From an uncultured Spirochaetales bacterium (GTDB taxonomy: Bacteria > Spirochaetota > Spirochaetia > SPDA01 > CAZSGZ01), in NCBI GenBank assembly GCA_964440465.1, contig CAYTSI010000002.1, positions 15,559 through 79,558 of the forward strand: a stretch of DNA of 64,000 nucleotides. Direction: 5' to 3'. Within the stretch, counting starts at the first letter, position 1. Each line of letters begins with the position of its first letter. Below, in pieces: positions 60,745 through 64,000 of this stretch. The position numbers and the translations under genes are program-made. The notes beneath the pieces were generated by a model, which ran no database searches, was not told the origin of the DNA, and was given only the letters and a program-made list of their open reading frames with translations.

Positions 60745-61101
60745 TGGAGATGCCGAGAGTCGAACTCGGGTCCTAAAGTGCGTACCGCAGGCTTCTACAG
60801 GCATAGTTTCCTCTTTATGTGTCGAAGCAGGGTTGGCTCGGAAACCCGCCGTCTGCTTCCAGTGGCCTGAGAAAATGTCCCTTTACAAGCTCAGGCTCGA
60901 ATAAAGGTAAGCCCTGGTTTCTGTCGGACTATCCGGTCCTCAGGGCTGTGTACCGGTAGTCCGAGACCGGCTGCTTACGCTGCCAGTGCAAAGTCTGCTT
61001 GAGTGTTATCTTCAGCAGTTAATTTTTCCGCTTTATAGGAGCTCGGCCCTCCACCCGCGACCTACGATCTCATTCACTCCAGTCGAAACCGTGTCATCCC
61101 C
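60745..61101 (-). ncRNA. ssrA: tmRNA (ssrA)
   Basis: Minus-strand 5'-GGGGAUGACACGGUUUCGACUGGAG... pairs with the 3' end ...GGACCCGAGUUCGACUCUCGGCAUCUCCA (T-arm GUUCGACUC, acceptor stem, discriminator A, CCA not encoded). Internal tag ORF GCU GAA GAU AAC ACU CAA GCA GAC UUU GCA CUG GCA GCG UAA encodes AEDNTQADFALAA (+ strand 60975-61016). smpB lies immediately upstream. Confidence 0.8.
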
Positions 61102-61110
61102 GTTAAGCAT

Positions 61111-61139
61111 ATAATACTAGAAAATCGGCATTTCGGCAA
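61111..61139 (-). promoter_or_regulatory. candidate sigma70 promoter for ssrA (TTGCCG-17-TATTAT)
   Basis: On the minus strand: TTGCCG (61139-61134), 17-nt spacer, TATTAT (61116-61111), about 9 nt before the tmRNA 5' G at 61101. Confidence 0.4.
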
Positions 61140-61165
61140 GCGAAGGCGCAAAAATGAGTGCGGTT

Positions 61166-61636
61166 TTAAAACCTTCCGCGCATTTCACGCTCCGCCTCGC
61201 GCTTCAGGTCTTTCTGTTTGATGCTTTCCCGCTTATCGTGCGTTTTCTTCCCCTTGCAGATGCCGATTTCAACTTTGACAATACCGTTTTTAAGATAAAA
61301 GCGCAGAGGGACGAGAGTAAAACCTTTTTCATCAACCTTCCGTGCAAGCCGTTTCATTTCCTGCTTGTGCACTAAGAGTTTTCTGTCCCGCAGCGGTTCA
61401 TGATTATGAATATTGCCGAAGTCGTAGGGTGATATATGCAGCCCGATAAGCCATAATTCTTTGTCCCGGATACGCGCGTAGGAGTCGGTAAAAGAAAATT
61501 TACCGTTTTTAACAGATTTTACTTCGGTGCCGGCAAGGACGATGCCCGCTTCGAAAGTTTCATCTACAATGTAATTGAAAAACGCCTGTTTGTTTTTCGC
61601 GAGGTTTTTCGCGGCAGAACTTTTATCGGCACTCAT
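61166..61636 (-). CDS. smpB: SsrA-binding protein SmpB
   Basis: AKNKQAFFNYIVDETFEAGIVLAGTEVKS...LRFYLKNGIVKVEIGICKGKK is SmpB-typical. Start trimmed from the track ORF to MSADKSS. Confidence 0.85.
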   Translation of the reverse strand: MSADKSSAAKNLAKNKQAFFNYIVDETFEAGIVLAGTEVKSVKNGKFSFTDSYARIRDKELWLIGLHISPYDFGNIHNHEPLRDRKLLVHKQEMKRLARKVDEKGFTLVPLRFYLKNGIVKVEIGICKGKKTHDKRESIKQKDLKREAEREMRGRF

Positions 61637-61644
61637 AGAATTCT

Positions 61645-63237
61645 CTAGTTTTTCGGGACTATTGCCGGGCGGAACCCGAGAAACGGGGTACACCAATCCG
61701 GCGGCTGGCTGCCCCGGGATGAAATTGATACAAGGTCCTCCATAACGGCGTAGGACCCGCCGCGGACCGATTTTTCGACGCCGGAAAATACCGGATCGGG
61801 AAGTATCCTGCCGCCGTCTTCCCCGAAAAGCACAAAGTCGGAGGAGGCGTACCAGTTATCGCACCATTCCCACAAATTTCCGTAAAAATCAACAAGATGA
61901 CGTTTCCCGTTTCTGGTAACGGGTTTCGGGCCTGCCGAGGCATCGCTGTGCAGAACGGCGCCGTCGGCAGATGAGAAGTTCGCCGCGGTTTCCCACTCAT
62001 ATTCGTCGGGCAGGCGGACGGTAAAATCGGCCGCGACAAAACCGGGCAGTTTGGTTTCAATCCAGCGGCAGTATTCCGCGGCGACGAAGTACGATACAAA
62101 GGCAGCCGGGAGATCGGAGTCCCGGTTCTCGTCCCAGTCTTTCAGGTAATCTTCGGTAACAAGTCCGTCCCGTATGAGCTCCTCTCTTTTGGAAGGATGG
62201 AATTGGGGGCGTTCTTCGATGAATTTGGAGAACTGCCGGTAGCTTATTTCCGAACTGCCGATATAAAAGGGCCGGGACGTATAGACGACGGGAAAGGAAT
62301 CCTGTCCGGCGGCGCCGAGGATGAATGTACCTTGAGGGATAAAAATAAAATCGATACCCGCGACGGTAACCACCTGCATATCATCGACGGGCGTATCGGC
62401 GGGATGCTCGGCGGAAGATTCCAGCGCTTCAATGAGTTCCGCGCGGGCAGAATTGTACCAGGTGCCGGTACGTACCGCTTCGAGGCGGTCGCCGGAAAGA
62501 GCGGAGGCGGCCCAGAACGGAAGGTTTCCCATACGGTCCTGTGCCGCCGCGGCAGCTGCTATTGTGTCGAGGAGGGAAGAGGGTGACAGGGCGCGTCCTT
62601 TTGTCCTCGACAACACAAATCCGCGCAAAAAATCCTTCAAGAGTGCTTCGTTATTCACAAGCGGGGCCGCGGCGGTAAAAAAACTGCTGATCGCGGCATC
62701 ATCAATATCCATGTTTCCGTAATATATTCCTGCTATCGCCGTGCTGATAACCGGTTCGGGCTGATAGCGATAGTGAAACGAACTGATGCCGGACCAGTCC
62801 GCGAAATCGGTAAACGCGGCAGTAAGGGGCGATACGGGCGTTTCAGCTTCGAGACGGACGGAAACAGGGTGTTTTTTTGGAAACAGCAGACTGCCGAACA
62901 GCCTGCTGCCGACTGTTATTGTTTTAGAATAGGAAATGTAGCCGTTTTTCCCAATGGTGATCTGCCGGTCCCCGGCGGAAACAAACTGCTTGCAGGGAGC
63001 GGTCCCCGCGTACGCGCCGTCGATGTAAACCGCCGCCGATTCCGGAAGGACGGTAAAATGCAGTTCCTCCCCTGGATTACGGACCCCCGGCAGCAGAAAA
63101 ACGAGAAAGAGGATGATGACAACCGCGGCTGCGTAGAGAACGGTCAGATACACCCCGGGGCGGATATTCCCGATCGGTTTCAGCTTTACTTCTATCTCAT
63201 CGATAGATGTAATCTCTTTTTTCTTCTTTTTGCGCAT
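61645..63237 (-). CDS. PEGA-domain + FGE-sulfatase (SUMF1/DUF323) domain membrane protein
   Basis: N-terminal TM. PEGA-like VLPESAAVYIDGAYAGTAP. C-terminal GNLWEWCDNWY...VRGGSY formylglycine-generating-enzyme-like fold. Confidence 0.65.
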   Translation of the reverse strand: MRKKKKKEITSIDEIEVKLKPIGNIRPGVYLTVLYAAAVVIILFLVFLLPGVRNPGEELHFTVLPESAAVYIDGAYAGTAPCKQFVSAGDRQITIGKNGYISYSKTITVGSRLFGSLLFPKKHPVSVRLEAETPVSPLTAAFTDFADWSGISSFHYRYQPEPVISTAIAGIYYGNMDIDDAAISSFFTAAAPLVNNEALLKDFLRGFVLSRTKGRALSPSSLLDTIAAAAAAQDRMGNLPFWAASALSGDRLEAVRTGTWYNSARAELIEALESSAEHPADTPVDDMQVVTVAGIDFIFIPQGTFILGAAGQDSFPVVYTSRPFYIGSSEISYRQFSKFIEERPQFHPSKREELIRDGLVTEDYLKDWDENRDSDLPAAFVSYFVAAEYCRWIETKLPGFVAADFTVRLPDEYEWETAANFSSADGAVLHSDASAGPKPVTRNGKRHLVDFYGNLWEWCDNWYASSDFVLFGEDGGRILPDPVFSGVEKSVRGGSYAVMEDLVSISSRGSQPPDWCTPFLGFRPAIVPKN

Positions 63238-63305
63238 AGATAGGAGAGTATATGTTCATTCTTTACTTGTCAATGTAGCATGTTCTATGATAATTTGTGC
63301 CAATT

Positions 63306-64000
63306 ATGGGAAAATGGGTCGACACAGTTGAAGATGTTACCGCGTCCGTCATTTTATGGCGGCGGCGGCGGAAATTCATTAAAAAACAGAAGCAGAAAGC
63401 AAAACATCCCGTCAGGGATTGGATTGAGGCCTTTCTGTGGGCCGCGCTGGTGGTATTGCTCATCAACCAGTATCTTATTCAGGCCTATAAAATTCCCTCG
63501 GGGTCGATGAAAAACACCCTCTTAAACGGCGACCGGATTTTTGTCAATAAATTCATTTACGGTCCGGAACTGCTGCCGGGGGCGGGTAAACTGCCGAGTA
63601 TCCATCAGCCGAAACAGAGTCAGGTAATTATTTTTGAAAACCCCTCCTACCTGCCGAAGGGGACCATCTTCGACATCCTGCAGCGGGCAATATATATGGT
63701 CACCCTTTCGTTAGTGGATATAGATAAGGACAAATACGGCGAACCGCGGCCCCATTTTCTCATCAAGCGCGCGGTCGGCGTCGGCGGCGACAGACTGCGG
63801 TTTACCGAAGGGGAGGTCGAATTTCTTCTTCCGGATTCGAAGGAGTGGGTCCGCGAACAGGAACTGCCGCGCTACGACGCGGCCGATTACACCATTAGGC
63901 GTATGGTCCATAACGACGAATACAGATACATCCGCCTTTCCGGCATCGCCGAGGCCTACGCGTCCGCGGGAATACCAATGTCTCCTGATATGCGGGAGGC
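63306..64000 (+). CDS. lepB: signal peptidase I, 3'-partial (runs off window end)
   Basis: Not in the ORF track because no stop falls in the window. Manual translation gives MGKWVDTV...DWIEAFLWAALVVLLINQYLIQAYKIPSGSMKNTLLNGDRIFVNKF with catalytic Ser in SGSM and a later KRAVGVGGD box. Confidence 0.8.
   Translation, partial: MGKWVDTVEDVTASVILWRRRRKFIKKQKQKAKHPVRDWIEAFLWAALVVLLINQYLIQAYKIPSGSMKNTLLNGDRIFVNKFIYGPELLPGAGKLPSIHQPKQSQVIIFENPSYLPKGTIFDILQRAIYMVTLSLVDIDKDKYGEPRPHFLIKRAVGVGGDRLRFTEGEVEFLLPDSKEWVREQELPRYDAADYTIRRMVHNDEYRYIRLSGIAEAYASAGIPMSPDMRE

Noticed and set aside
60735-61165. Possible protein-coding ORFs (60670-60870 +, 61154-61375 +) in the guaA-smpB gap
   Set aside because: The region is explained by a minus-strand tmRNA with canonical 5'/3' ends and a tag ORF. 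The small + ORFs overlap it or overlap smpB.

Overview
This window is a gene-dense, spirochaete-like (Treponema-type) chromosomal segment of about 52-54% GC, mostly on the + strand. The calls rest on recognisable protein motifs in the six-frame ORF track; no searches were run.

From 5' to 3' it contains:
- The distal part of a V-type ATPase operon (subunits B partial, D, I, K) followed by ispG.
- uvrA, immediately followed by a 1191-aa LptD/OstA-like giant protein, the same order as T. pallidum TP0514-TP0515.
- The phoH(ybeZ)-7TM-HD-ybeY-corC operon.
- A strong sigma70-type promoter driving gap-pgk-tpiA-secG.
- A J-domain protein, a SurA-like PPIase and nusB.
- A bactofilin-map-htrA-PRTase-like-giant (1713 aa) surface-protein run linked by ATGA overlaps.
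- purH interrupted by an in-frame TAA at the domain boundary, then miaB, a LapA-like protein and a SPOR protein.
- A minus-strand vWA / nucleotidyltransferase-like / DHH(NrnA) / lipoprotein operon.
- A 684-aa highly charged coiled-coil protein that looks like the treponemal cytoplasmic filament protein CfpA, followed by a clean terminator, a histone-H1-like-linker protein and ppdK, reminiscent of T. pallidum TP0746-TP0748.
- Several TPR proteins.
- purB-guaB-purA-guaA.
- A minus-strand tmRNA (ssrA) directly downstream of smpB and a PEGA/FGE-sulfatase-domain protein.
- The 5' part of lepB.

No CRISPR array, rRNA, tRNA or obvious mobile element was seen.

Items worth following up:
- The candidate cfpA cytoskeletal locus.
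- The vWA-NTase-like-DHH operon.
- The purH in-frame stop.
- Homopolymer tracts (A14 in a divergent promoter, G9 inside the giant surface-protein gene).
- The tmRNA tag AEDNTQADFALAA.
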